From the NCBI GenBank assembly GCA_963795855.1, contig CAWCIZ010000002.1:448001-512000 (forward strand): a DNA stretch of 64,000 nucleotides. Direction: 5' to 3'. The translations under genes and the position numbers were made by a program. This document shows, in pieces, positions 1 through 9,607 of the stretch. Position 1 is the stretch's first letter. Each line of letters opens with the position of its first letter. The notes under the pieces were generated by a model. That model was given only the letters and a program-made list of their open reading frames with translations, was not told where the DNA came from and made no database searches. Source of the DNA: Vulcanimicrobiota bacterium. Lineage in GTDB: Bacteria; Vulcanimicrobiota; Vulcanimicrobiia; Vulcanimicrobiales; Vulcanimicrobiaceae.

Positions 1-37
1 GAGAGGCGCACGCGGGCGACTACGGTTGTTTTATTTT

Positions 38-1798
38 TCATGGATTGAGCGCTCCTTCCCCGACTGTTGTTACGTTAACGTTATTCGCGTTAAGGATAGT
101 TCCGGTGGCTTGCTGCAAGTCGACGACCGCGTTGTTGAGATCCGTCTGAGCCTGTAGTTCGCGTCCGCGGTTGTCGGCGAGTTCGATTTCGCGCTGCAGA
201 ACCAGAAACGTCGTGGACTCGCCGGCGCGAAAGCGGCGCTCCTCGCTCGAAAGCACTTGTTCCGATGCTTGTCTGGCTGCGCGCGCGGCGACGAGCCGAG
301 CTTGCGCGCTCTGGTACGTTTGCAACGCGTTGCGCACGTCCATCGTCACGCGTTGAATCGTGGAGGCTTCCTGCACCGCGGCGCTTCGCTCTTGCTCTTG
401 CGCGGCTGCAAGATCCGCCTTTGCGGTCGTGTTTCCAATTGGGAACGTCACTTGTACGCCCGCGGCATACACGGGAAACTTGTTCGAGAGCAGATTCTTG
501 ATGGATTGGTCCAAGCCGCCTTGCAAGTACGACGGCACGGGGGCGTTCGTATTCGGCAGCGCGGGAATTTGCTGCGCCGGCGGCAGCGTGCGGTTTACGG
601 CCGCGATGAGTTGATTGATTGCGATGAATTGTTGGACGCTGCTTTCGAGGAACGGGCTGGCGCTCGTGGGCAAAACGGTGCCGGCAAAGCCGTTGCTGGT
701 GTATCCCAGATTGAGGTTCACCTGCGGTTTCGTTTGGTTCTGCGCGTAGGCGAGGTTTACGTCGGCAGTCGCGCGCAGGGTGCGAATTTGCGCGATCTCC
801 GGGCGGTTGCGCAGGGCTTGCGTCACGAGATCTGCGAGCGACGGCTGCCGCGGCAACTGCAGTACCGGCGTGGTCGGCACCAGATTGGCATCCCAGAGCG
901 GATCGTTCGGATTGGTGACCAGTTCGGATTTCAACTGGTTCTGAAGCATCCCGACGTTCTGCAGCGCGGAAAACACGTCTTCCTGAAAGACGGCGACCTG
1001 GCTGTTCGTCTGCACGACGTCGATGGGTGCGCTTACGCCTTGGCGGGCCAGCCGGACGTTGCTGTGCTGCTGTGCGATGGTGTCTTTGAGCGCCTGCTCC
1101 TGAATCGCGACGTTGCGCCACGCCGCCACGAGATTCCAGTACGTCTTTTGCACCTGCGAGATCGTCGAGGAGACGGTCGCGAGCGTTTGCGCGTTGGAGC
1201 CGGTCGCGTTGATCTGCGCCAATTGGAGCGCGCGCGCGGCGTCCGTGATGTTGCGGCCTCTTCCGAGCGGCTGGGAAAAACTCACCGAGAAGATCGTCGG
1301 ATACGTCGGATTGAACGTGTTGATCTGCGTGTTGTCGTACGTTTGTTTTCCGGACGCGTTGACGCTATACGTCTGTCCGCCGGGGAGCATGCCTTGAACG
1401 CCCGCCGCAATGCTCGTATTACGCTGCACGATCGGCGTGAAGTTCGGTCCGGCGAAAAACTCGTTTTGCGGCGGCTGCGTGACGTACTGATACTGCGGTT
1501 CCACGGAAAGACGCACGTCGTAGGCGCCCTTCGCGGCCTGAATCTGATAGAAGGCGATTCGGCGATTGGCTTGCGCGACGGCGAGATCCGGATTACGCGA
1601 GAGCGCCATCCCGATTGCGTTGTCCAGCGTGATGCCGACGAACGGCTGCTGCGTCACGCCGACCACGTTCGGCGGCGGCGGCGAAACGTTCGGTGCGGCG
1701 TATCCCGGCGCAACAGCCGGTACGGCCGGCAGTTGCGGTGAGGGCGCCGGAGACGGAACGGTTGCGGCGGCAAGCAAAATCGTAGCGATAAGGTTCAC
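38..1798 (-). CDS. TolC-family outer membrane efflux protein
   Basis: Signal peptide, ITLDNAIGMALSRNPDL start of TolC repeat, two helical repeats, ERRFRAGESTTFLVL; directly downstream of EmrB/EmrA. Confidence 0.9.
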   Translation of the reverse strand: MNLIATILLAAATVPSPAPSPQLPAVPAVAPGYAAPNVSPPPPNVVGVTQQPFVGITLDNAIGMALSRNPDLAVAQANRRIAFYQIQAAKGAYDVRLSVEPQYQYVTQPPQNEFFAGPNFTPIVQRNTSIAAGVQGMLPGGQTYSVNASGKQTYDNTQINTFNPTYPTIFSVSFSQPLGRGRNITDAARALQLAQINATGSNAQTLATVSSTISQVQKTYWNLVAAWRNVAIQEQALKDTIAQQHSNVRLARQGVSAPIDVVQTNSQVAVFQEDVFSALQNVGMLQNQLKSELVTNPNDPLWDANLVPTTPVLQLPRQPSLADLVTQALRNRPEIAQIRTLRATADVNLAYAQNQTKPQVNLNLGYTSNGFAGTVLPTSASPFLESSVQQFIAINQLIAAVNRTLPPAQQIPALPNTNAPVPSYLQGGLDQSIKNLLSNKFPVYAAGVQVTFPIGNTTAKADLAAAQEQERSAAVQEASTIQRVTMDVRNALQTYQSAQARLVAARAARQASEQVLSSEERRFRAGESTTFLVLQREIELADNRGRELQAQTDLNNAVVDLQQATGTILNANNVNVTTVGEGALNP

Positions 1799-1807
1799 GA
1801 TATCTCC

Positions 1808-3355
1808 TTATTCAGCACTCATCGGTGCGCTTGCGCGCGGGCGGCGCATCAAGATCACGAGGGGCGCGAGCACCAGCGTGATGAGCGCCGTGAGCCGCGA
1901 CGTATCCGCATATGAAAGTATGTACGCTTGCTGCGTCACGAGACCGGCGAGGTTGGCCAGCGCGCTTTGCGAGTGCTCACCGCCGTGCTGCTGCAGATAT
2001 TGGCGTACGGCTTGCGCGTGCAGCGAAACGTCGGAGCCCAGGGCGGCTTGATGGTGCGTGACCGCGCGCACGAGAACGGTCACGAGCACCGCGGTCGCAA
2101 TGCTGCCGCCGACCTGACGCGCGAGGTTGAAGAACGCCGAGGCGGCCGCTACGTCTTTGGGCGGTACGGAACCGAGCACGGCGATCGAAAGCGGCACGAA
2201 GATTTGCGAGAGACCGACGCCGCTGACGATTAGCGCCGCGCCGAACGTCCAGAACGACGAATCGGAAGTCGTCACCTGCGCCAGAAGCCAGTTCGAGAAG
2301 CCGAGCAAGACGAACCCGACGAAGACTTGCCAGCGCGCGTCGACCCGGCCGCGCATCGCCAGGATTGCCGCGATCGGCGTGAGCAGTCCGATCGCCAGCG
2401 CGCGAACCAAAATCGTCTCGCCCGAGAGCGTAGCGGTGAAGCCGAGCGAATTTTGCACGTATTGCGGCATAATCAGCACCGATCCGTATAAACTCACGCC
2501 CAGCGCCGCGCCGAGCAGACTTCCGGCGGCGACCTCGCGATAGCGCAGCACGTGCAGATTCACGACGGGAATCTTCGAACGCAGCGTCCAGACGACGAAG
2601 CCGGCCAAACCTCCGGCGGACGCGAGAGAAAACAAGCGGATGTTGGAATCCGCGAACCAGTCGTACTGCTGGCCTTGATCGAGGACGTATTGCAGGGCGC
2701 CCAGGCCGAGCGCCAACAGCGCCAGACCGATCCAGTCGAGCCGCTTGCGTTTCTGCGGTTCGATCGGATTGCGCAGCACGAGATACACCGCTGCGGCGGC
2801 AAGTATGCCGACGGGAATATTGATGAAGAACGCCCAGCGCCACGTGAGGTTGTCGGTGATGATCCCGCCCAGCAGCGGGCCAAGCGCCGGACCGGCGATG
2901 ACGCCGAGCGAGAAAATGCCTTGCGCTTTGCCTTGCTCGCCGAGCGGATACGTATCGCGCAAGATCGCTTGCGACGTGGAAATGAGGCCGCCGCCGCCGA
3001 CGCCCTGAATGAGACGCCAAAAGACCAGTTCCGTGAAACTGCCCGACAAACCGCACATGATCGACGCAAACGTGAACAGCCCGATGGACGCCAAGTAATA
3101 CGCGCGCCGGCCGAAACGTTCGGAGAGCCAAGGCGTGATCGGAATGATAACGACGTTCGCGACGATGTACCCGGTGACGACCCACGCGCCTTGATCGACC
3201 GAGACGCCGAAGTTGCCTTGAACGTTCGGCAGCGCGACGTTGACGATCGTCGTGTCGATGATTTCGAGCATCGTCGCCGCTATGACGGCGAGCGTCACCA
3301 CCGTCCTGCGCCAACCGAATTCGGTGACGGACGTATATGCTGCCGTTGCGCTCAC
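1808..3355 (-). CDS. emrB: DHA2-family (EmrB/QacA) MFS efflux permease
   Basis: IDTTIVNVALP, WVVTGYIVA, LGPLLGGIITDNLTWRWAFFINIPVG motifs; multi-TM protein. Confidence 0.93.
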   Translation of the reverse strand: MSATAAYTSVTEFGWRRTVVTLAVIAATMLEIIDTTIVNVALPNVQGNFGVSVDQGAWVVTGYIVANVVIIPITPWLSERFGRRAYYLASIGLFTFASIMCGLSGSFTELVFWRLIQGVGGGGLISTSQAILRDTYPLGEQGKAQGIFSLGVIAGPALGPLLGGIITDNLTWRWAFFINIPVGILAAAAVYLVLRNPIEPQKRKRLDWIGLALLALGLGALQYVLDQGQQYDWFADSNIRLFSLASAGGLAGFVVWTLRSKIPVVNLHVLRYREVAAGSLLGAALGVSLYGSVLIMPQYVQNSLGFTATLSGETILVRALAIGLLTPIAAILAMRGRVDARWQVFVGFVLLGFSNWLLAQVTTSDSSFWTFGAALIVSGVGLSQIFVPLSIAVLGSVPPKDVAAASAFFNLARQVGGSIATAVLVTVLVRAVTHHQAALGSDVSLHAQAVRQYLQQHGGEHSQSALANLAGLVTQQAYILSYADTSRLTALITLVLAPLVILMRRPRASAPMSAE

Positions 3356-3359
3356 GGTC

Positions 3360-4622
3360 TTACTTTACGAGGACCGAAGCTTCGACCGACATACCTGGCC
3401 GCATCGGATATTTCGCGAAGTCGGTGTCTTTGTCGAAGGCAATCTTCACCGGAATGCGTTGCGTGACTTTTACGAAGTTTCCGGTCGAATTCTGCGCCGG
3501 CACCAGCGCGTACGTGTTTTGCGAGGCGGGGTTGATCGAGTCGACCGTTCCATGGAACGTCACGCCTTTATAGGCGTCGACGCGGATGTCGACCGGCTGG
3601 CCTGGGTGCATGCTGCCGAGTTGCGTTTCTTTGAAATTCGCCGTGACGAAGACTTGATTGGGAATCAGCGTCAGAAGCGTCATTCCGGAACTGACCGTTT
3701 GTCCGACCTCGACGCTCTTCTCACCGACATATCCGTCGATGGGAGAGTAAATGCGCGTATTGGCGAGATTCTGCTGCGCGATCTGCACCGCGGCGCGCTG
3801 CGCGGCAATCTGCGCCGGGGCTTGCGCCTGGCTCAGTTTGCCTTGCGCCGCCTGCACGCCGCCCTGCGCCGCCGCGACGCCCGCCTGCGCGGCGCCGATC
3901 TTCTGTTCGGCGGCGTTGAGGTTTGCTTGCGCCACATCGACGGCGTCCTGTGCCGCGCGATACTGCGATTCTGCCTGCGCTTCTTGCGCTTGCGCCGCGT
4001 CCAGCTGCTGTTTGGCGAGGTCGCCGGTCTTCACCAGCGATTGGGTGCGGTGCAAATTCGCCTGGGCGTTCGCGAGCGCTTGACGCGCGCCCGGAAGCGC
4101 GGCCTGCGCCTGCTGCACTTGCGCCTGCGCAGCCGCAACGCCGGCCTGCGCGACCGGAACCTGCGCCGCCGCGTTCTGCACGTTGGCTTGCGCCTGCGAA
4201 ACGCCTCCGGTGCCCTGCGTCACGCCGCTCTGCTGATTTTCCAGCGCCAGTTGCAAATTGGCTTGGGCTTGCGCGACGGCGGCGCGTTCGGTGGCGTCGT
4301 CGAGGGTGACCAGCAATTGGCCTTTTCTCACGGGCTGATTCGTGTCGACTAGAATTTGATTGACGCGTTCGGTGATTTTGCTCGTTATCGCAACGGTGTT
4401 GGCGTCGACGCGCGCATCGTCCGTGGACTGGTGAACGTGTGCATACGAGAACCACCGTACGCCCCACAAGATGATGAGAATGGCGACGATGATTCCCCCG
4501 ATCACGAAGACCGGCCGCATGTTCCGTCCGCCGCCGCCGTTCCCCGCTTCCCGTTCCACGCTCATTCCTTTTCCGTTCTCCGCAGTGGGGACTTCCCGTT
4601 CGTCGCGTTCGCGCGTTTGCAT
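3360..4622 (-). CDS. emrA: HlyD/EmrA-family periplasmic adaptor
   Basis: STDDARV, long A/Q coiled coil, ANFKETQL, NSTGNFVKVTQRIPVKI, RPGMSV. Confidence 0.93.
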   Translation of the reverse strand: MQTRERDEREVPTAENGKGMSVEREAGNGGGGRNMRPVFVIGGIIVAILIILWGVRWFSYAHVHQSTDDARVDANTVAITSKITERVNQILVDTNQPVRKGQLLVTLDDATERAAVAQAQANLQLALENQQSGVTQGTGGVSQAQANVQNAAAQVPVAQAGVAAAQAQVQQAQAALPGARQALANAQANLHRTQSLVKTGDLAKQQLDAAQAQEAQAESQYRAAQDAVDVAQANLNAAEQKIGAAQAGVAAAQGGVQAAQGKLSQAQAPAQIAAQRAAVQIAQQNLANTRIYSPIDGYVGEKSVEVGQTVSSGMTLLTLIPNQVFVTANFKETQLGSMHPGQPVDIRVDAYKGVTFHGTVDSINPASQNTYALVPAQNSTGNFVKVTQRIPVKIAFDKDTDFAKYPMRPGMSVEASVLVK

Positions 4623-4624
4623 CT

Positions 4625-5221
4625 CTACTTCTTTCTTACGCCGTTCAAAAATACGTTGATGTTGAAATCGATGATCTCGTCCGGAGTCTTGTTGGGATAC
4701 GGCAGTCGTTTATGCCCGATAACGTACGAGAATATTGAGCCCATGAAGAAGCGTGCAAGCAGCACGGGGTCGCCCTCCAGCTCGCCCGCGGCTACGCGCG
4801 CGCTCATGTACTCGGTCAAAATCTGCTGAATGATGGCGGGCGAACGCCATGCGGCGTCTCCTGCCGCCGCCCACTGGTCTTCCTCCGCGAACGTCACGAG
4901 GATGAGATCGCGCAGACGCACCATGTGCTCCAGCATCACATGCGCGATCTTGCGAAGATCTTCGCCGATGTCGCCGCGCAGGCTCGGAAGCAGTTCGCCA
5001 AGTACGCCGGCGGGACAATAGTGCAGAACGCATGCTTCGATGAGCGCGTCCTTGTGCCCGAAATGACGGAACAGCGTTGCTTCGTTCACGCCCGCCAGTT
5101 CGGCGATCTCGCGCGTCGTCGTTCCCCGGCGGCCCTTTTTGGCGAGCAACTTGCGAGTCGCGGCGAAGATCCGGGTGCGCGTATCTTCGGAGGAGCGCGA
5201 AGGAGGCGTTTCGTGCAGCAT
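4625..5221 (-). CDS. TetR/AcrR-family transcriptional regulator
   Basis: HTH TTTREIAELAGVNEATLFRHFGHKDAL; ATG at 5221 overlaps the upstream TAA (TAATG). Confidence 0.92.
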   Translation of the reverse strand: MLHETPPSRSSEDTRTRIFAATRKLLAKKGRRGTTTREIAELAGVNEATLFRHFGHKDALIEACVLHYCPAGVLGELLPSLRGDIGEDLRKIAHVMLEHMVRLRDLILVTFAEEDQWAAAGDAAWRSPAIIQQILTEYMSARVAAGELEGDPVLLARFFMGSIFSYVIGHKRLPYPNKTPDEIIDFNINVFLNGVRKK

Positions 5222-5874
5222 TATTTGCCCGCGAACACGGCGTCGTTTACCGCTACGTTGGTTTGGTACTGGCCGTAGGTCGCATCGGCCACAGCGTGCA
5301 CGTGCGGAATGTGAATGTCGGCGTGCTGCGTCGCGACCACGTTGTACCGGCCTTGCTGCCGATAGGTTTGCGTCATCACGATCGTGCCGCCGTTGCGGTA
5401 GTGCCAATCCATGCGCACCACCTGATACGTCGACGGATCGACGTACGCGACTGCGTCCTCGATCTGGTCGCTGTAAATTTTCTTGGTCATGCGCAGCGCG
5501 TAAGCAGCGTGCCCGTCAATCGATTGCACCCCGTCGTAGTCGATGTTCGAGTCCTTTTCCCACGTTGCGACGTCGTCGATGTCGCCGAAAAGTTTGTTGA
5601 TGCCCTTCGCATAGGACGGCACGCTATCGAAGACGACTTCGTAATTGCCGGGGCGCTTGAAATACGACGTGCCGTCCAGCTTGGGCGAGAGCCAAGGGAA
5701 ATTGAGCATTCGCACGTTCACATGAACGCGAGCCTGATAGCTCTGCAATTCAGGGTTGCGAGCGCCGATTGCGGCAAGGATGGCCGTGGGGGAGCCTTGC
5801 GCGGACGCAGGCGCCTGCAAGGTCGCGGCCAGCAGTACGGTCCCGAGCAGGGAAAAATAGCGGTTTCGTGTCAT
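5221..5874 (-). CDS. Secreted LolA-like / outer-membrane lipoprotein-sorting-type protein
   Basis: Signal peptide from MTRNRYFSLL; YFKRPGNYEVVF and AYVDPSTYQVVRMDW beta-rich pattern typical of the LolA-like fold. Confidence 0.55.
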   Translation of the reverse strand: MTRNRYFSLLGTVLLAATLQAPASAQGSPTAILAAIGARNPELQSYQARVHVNVRMLNFPWLSPKLDGTSYFKRPGNYEVVFDSVPSYAKGINKLFGDIDDVATWEKDSNIDYDGVQSIDGHAAYALRMTKKIYSDQIEDAVAYVDPSTYQVVRMDWHYRNGGTIVMTQTYRQQGRYNVVATQHADIHIPHVHAVADATYGQYQTNVAVNDAVFAGK

Positions 5875-5888
5875 CGTCTTCACTACGT

Positions 5889-5908
5889 GTGCAAGTACGT
5901 ACTTGCAC
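5889..5908. promoter_or_regulatory. Perfect 20-bp palindrome, probable TetR operator 1
   Basis: GTGCAAGTAC-GTACTTGCAC. Confidence 0.75.
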
Positions 5909-5913
5909 GCAGC

Positions 5914-5942
5914 ATCGTACCATACCGCACAGTTGAGTGCAA
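5914..5942 (-). promoter_or_regulatory. sigma70-type promoter of the efflux operon
   Basis: Minus strand TTGCAC-17 nt-TACGAT with TG of an extended -10. Confidence 0.7.
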
Positions 5943-5956
5943 GTACCTGCTTGCAA
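5937..5956. promoter_or_regulatory. Imperfect copy of the palindrome, probable TetR operator 2
   Basis: GTGCAAGTAC-CTGCTTGCAA, 17/20 identical to operator 1, overlaps the -35. Confidence 0.65.
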
Positions 5957-5971
5957 CAAGGGAAAGATCGC

Positions 5972-6757
5972 ATGTTGACAGAGACCATCGTCCGCCAGGC
6001 AGCCTCCCAAGCCGGCTTGAGTCCCTTCGCCTGCGTCCTGCGGCGGCTCGATTCCAAAGAGCCGGGCCTGGCGCTCGAGCCGAACGCCGCCTTCTATCCG
6101 GCCAGCATGGTCAAGACGCCGCTCGCGGCGGCGGCGTTCGCATTGGTGAACGAAGGCGCACTGGAGTTGGATCGCCGGTATCCCGTCACGCAAGCCAACA
6201 TGACCGTGAACGACAAGCCGTCCCCGCTCGTCCCCGGCTACGAATCGCCGCTCACCGAACTCATCGATCTGATGGTGACGCGATCGGATAACGTCGCCAC
6301 GAACATGATCTTCGACATCGTCGGTCGCGAGCAAGCGACCGAAATCGTGCAGCAGCGCTTCGGCCTGAACGCGACGGCCTTCCGCCGCAAACTTTCCGGC
6401 TCGCTGCCGCTGATCCACGATCCGCAGTGGCAGGGTCCGCTGCTGAACACACATCCGCCGGCAGATGCCGCCCGGCTGTTCGAACTGATCGCTCGATCGC
6501 AAGTTCCGCTCGCGGGCGCGTTGCGCGAAACTCTGGCGCGCCAAGAGTGGAACAACAAGCTTTCCGCCGGTTTGGAAGCCGGCGACCGTTTCGCCCATAA
6601 GACCGGCGATACCGACGAAGTCACGCACGACGGCGGCATCCTCGAAACGCGCGGCGGCGCATCATACGTCCTGGTCGTTTACTCCGGTATGGAATCGACG
6701 GACGCAAATAATGAGCGCTTTGGCGCGTTTGCGCGGCGCATTCGGCCCGAATTGTAA
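5972..6757 (+). CDS. Serine hydrolase, class A beta-lactamase-like fold, no signal peptide
   Basis: SxxK (ASMVK), SDN, HKTG, HDGGI; ATG 5972 after GGAAAG. Confidence 0.85.
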   Translation: MLTETIVRQAASQAGLSPFACVLRRLDSKEPGLALEPNAAFYPASMVKTPLAAAAFALVNEGALELDRRYPVTQANMTVNDKPSPLVPGYESPLTELIDLMVTRSDNVATNMIFDIVGREQATEIVQQRFGLNATAFRRKLSGSLPLIHDPQWQGPLLNTHPPADAARLFELIARSQVPLAGALRETLARQEWNNKLSAGLEAGDRFAHKTGDTDEVTHDGGILETRGGASYVLVVYSGMESTDANNERFGAFARRIRPEL

Positions 6758-6822
6758 GCAAGCCGCCATTCGCCGTGTTTCACTCCCGTGCGAGCGGGTA
6801 AAAAAGCGGCCGTGGGCAGAGA

Positions 6823-6853
6823 AACGTAGGCCGTGAAACGCACGGTCTACGTT
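6823..6853. terminator. Hairpin between convergent genes, probable terminator of the hut operon
   Basis: AACGTAGGCCGTG-AAACG-CACGGTCTACGTT, 13-bp stem with one G-T pair. Confidence 0.6.
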
Positions 6854-7094
6854 ATTTGGTTCGGGATCCGGCTCGCGCGGCCGGTGTCGGGCGGCAGTCG
6901 GTTTTAATCGACGGAGTTTTGTGTTTTGCGGAGGCTGCGGCATGCTTGGAGCGGCATGGCGACGCCGACCGCGGAAGCGGCCCCGATTCGACCGGCGCCG
7001 GGGTTACCGCGGTGGTGCGCGTGTAGGCTTTCTGTCCGCAACCGGTCACGGCCGCCAACGTCAGCACGATGGCGAGCACGCAAATTCGATTCAT
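6852..7094 (-). CDS. Small lipoprotein (80 aa)
   Basis: MNRICVLAIVLTLAAVTGC lipobox; ATGA overlap with the upstream stop. Confidence 0.6.
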   Translation of the reverse strand: MNRICVLAIVLTLAAVTGCGQKAYTRTTAVTPAPVESGPLPRSASPCRSKHAAASAKHKTPSIKTDCRPTPAARAGSRTK

Positions 7095-8398
7095 ACGCTT
7101 CCTTCGGAGTTCTCGATACGCAAGCGCGGCTGCAGATGCCGCAGCGCCTCCAGGGCTTGCTCGGGCCGGCGCGCGCCCCGTTCGCGGACACGACGCCCTC
7201 CAACGTATGTTTCCAGCACGTCGGCGCTTTCCGCGCGGTACACGACGTGATTGCCGAGCGGAGCCCACGGATCCGCGCGCGTGAGATCGAGAACGACGTA
7301 ATCGGCGAACGCTCCCTCGCGTAAATCCCCCGCGTCCACGTTGAGCGCGCGCGCGCCTGCGGCCGTTCCGAGCGAGATCGCGGTCTTCGCGTCCAGCGCC
7401 GCTCCATCCAAACGCGAAACTTTCTGCAGCAGCGACGCTGCGCGCATTTCGTCGAGGATCGACGGCTTCACGTCCGCATCCGTCCCCAGCCCAACTGAGA
7501 CGCCGGATTCGAGCAGGCCGATGACGTCGCAGACGCCGTCGCCCAAATACTGGTTCGTCGTCGGATTGTGAACGACGCGCGCGCCGCTTTCCGCCAGCAT
7601 ACGCCGTTCTTCGCCGGTAATGTAGATCGCATGGATCGCAACGGTTCGTTCGTTCAAAGCATCGAGTCGCCGGAGAAGCGCTATCGGCGTCGCTCCGTAG
7701 CGCGCCAGCGTTTGGGCGCCTTCGTATTGCGCTTCCGCAACGTGCACGTGCAGCATGCACTCCCGCTCGCTCGCGAAGGCCGACGCGGCGCGAATCATGC
7801 CGTGCGATGCGGCGTGCAGAGAATGCGGCGCGACGCAAACGTGCACGCCGGGAAATTCGGACATGAGAGCGGCGGTGCGTTCTCGCGCTTGCTCGACGGA
7901 TTCCCGAAATGCCGCGGGCGCGTACGCCGCATCCATCCACGTGCGCGCGAATACCAGACGAATACCTGCGTCCGCTGCGGCGCGTATCGCCTGTTGCGCG
8001 TGAGCGTTTCCGGCACCGTTCAAATAAAAGAATTCCGCGACGGTCGTTATCCCGGCGGCGAGCATCTCGTCGAAAGCGAGGCGAAACGTCCAGTACACAT
8101 CCTGCGGCGTCAGTTCGGGAACGATACGGTAGAGCGCGTCGCTTCGCCAGCGCGCGAACGGCAGGTCGTCGGCCCAGCCGCGCATCAGGATTTGATACGC
8201 GTGGCTATGACCGTTGACGAGCCCCGGCATCACGGCGACGTGCGCGCCGTACGACGTTACGGGTGCGCCGGCAAAACGCTGCGAGATATCGGCGAACGTA
8301 CCGCACGCCGCTATTCGATCACCCTTGACGGCAAATGCGAAATCGCGCCGTTCCGATCCGCCCACCAAAGCGCGCGCGCATCGCACGACGGCGGTCAC
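7091..8398 (-). CDS. hutF: Amidohydrolase, formiminoglutamate deiminase (HutF)-like
   Basis: PGLVNGHSHAYQ, AGITTVAEFFYL, APHSL, HVHVAE, GTD; last enzyme gene of the hut operon. Confidence 0.65.
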   Translation of the reverse strand: MTAVVRCARALVGGSERRDFAFAVKGDRIAACGTFADISQRFAGAPVTSYGAHVAVMPGLVNGHSHAYQILMRGWADDLPFARWRSDALYRIVPELTPQDVYWTFRLAFDEMLAAGITTVAEFFYLNGAGNAHAQQAIRAAADAGIRLVFARTWMDAAYAPAAFRESVEQARERTAALMSEFPGVHVCVAPHSLHAASHGMIRAASAFASERECMLHVHVAEAQYEGAQTLARYGATPIALLRRLDALNERTVAIHAIYITGEERRMLAESGARVVHNPTTNQYLGDGVCDVIGLLESGVSVGLGTDADVKPSILDEMRAASLLQKVSRLDGAALDAKTAISLGTAAGARALNVDAGDLREGAFADYVVLDLTRADPWAPLGNHVVYRAESADVLETYVGGRRVRERGARRPEQALEALRHLQPRLRIENSEGSV

Positions 8399-9607
8399 GA
8401 AATGCGCACCCCGCTGCGGTACACGGCCGCGGCAAGGTTGCCGCCGAATTGCCAGCCGAACTCTTCCGCGGAGTCGATCCGCAAAGCAACCAGATCGGCG
8501 GGTGCGCCGGTACGCAGCGTGCCTGCCTGCGCGCGGAGCGATCGCGCCGCAGCGATTGTCACGCCGTACAACGCTTCCGCGGCAGTCATGCCGAAGAATT
8601 TACGCCCGAAGAACGCGACGGTCTGCAGGTTGAAACAGGGCGAAGTGCCGGGATTGTAATCGCTTGCAAGCGCGACGTCGGCGCCCCGTTCGAGCAGTTC
8701 GCGCACAGGCGCGCGCTGCGGAAGATCGAGATACGCAATCGTCGCAGGACACGCGACCGTCACGATGCCGCGTTGCGCGATCGCGGCGACGTCGTCGTCG
8801 CGAATGCAATTGCAGTGGTCCACCGCGTCCACGCCGACCTGCGCCGCCATGCGTGCGGCGGCTCCGTACTGCATTTCGTCGCAGTGCACGCGAAGCCGCA
8901 GTCCGTGGGCGCGCGCCGATTCCAAATAGCGGCGCGTCTGCTCCGCAGAAAAGAATCCGGGCTCGCAGAATGCGTCCGCGAACACGGCGCCGTGCGCTTT
9001 GGCGACCGGCATGCACTGGTCGATCAAGTAATCGACGTAGTCGATCTCGCTCGAAAATTCCGGCGGCAAGGCGTGCGCGCCGAGAAACGTCCCAATCAGG
9101 CGCGGATTGCCGGCGTCGGCTCGGTGCTCGTGCACGAGCGAGAGCGGCTTCCATCTCTCCCGGAGCGTGCAGCGCATAGCCGGTTTTGGTTTCGAGCGTC
9201 GTCGTCCCATGCGCCGCAATTGTCTTCAGGCGGGTGTCGATCTGCTTCCAAAACGCATGAGGATGCTCCAGCGCTTTGCGGGTCTGCGTCACAGTGTACA
9301 GCATCCCCAGCGGCGCCTTTTCTCCGCGCTGCCGCGCGGAAAAATCCGGCTCCCGATTGCCCGCGAAGAGCGGGTGCGCGTGTGCGTCGACAAACCCGGG
9401 AAACACGACGCAATCGGGAAATTCGTGCAACTCGGCGTCGCGCAAGGACGGTGGAAGCGAGGCAACGTCACCGCTCCACGAAATACGCCCGTCTTCTATC
9501 GCGAGCGCGCCGTCGCAAATCGTTCCTAACGCATCGAACGTCACCCCGTGCTGGGCGACGTTCGATGCATTGGTGACGATCGTTTTGGCGCGAACTACAA
9601 GCGCCAA
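8395..9607 (-). CDS. hutI: Imidazolonepropionase (frameshift near 9147, probably sequencing error)
   Basis: [16 protein letters not shown] and [11 protein letters not shown] in one frame; [23 protein letters not shown] in another; TTG start. Confidence 0.9.

Noticed and set aside
257..1741. Long antisense or alternate-frame ORFs here and throughout (e.g. 10341-12032, 29972-31783, 49539-51272, 59756-61462)
   Set aside because: Shadow ORFs of GC-rich genes: Arg/Ala-rich, no motifs, fully overlapping well-supported genes
3780..4290. Repetitive GCGCAG-rich DNA
   Set aside because: Encodes the Ala/Gln coiled coil of EmrA; not an array
5972..6757. Bona fide antibiotic-resistance beta-lactamase
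   Set aside because: No signal peptide and no recognisable omega-loop ExxLN glutamate
6823..6836. 12/14 match between this hairpin arm and 13543-13556 of the candidate RNA, as an sRNA target
   Set aside because: A 14-mer with two mismatches is expected by chance in 64 kb
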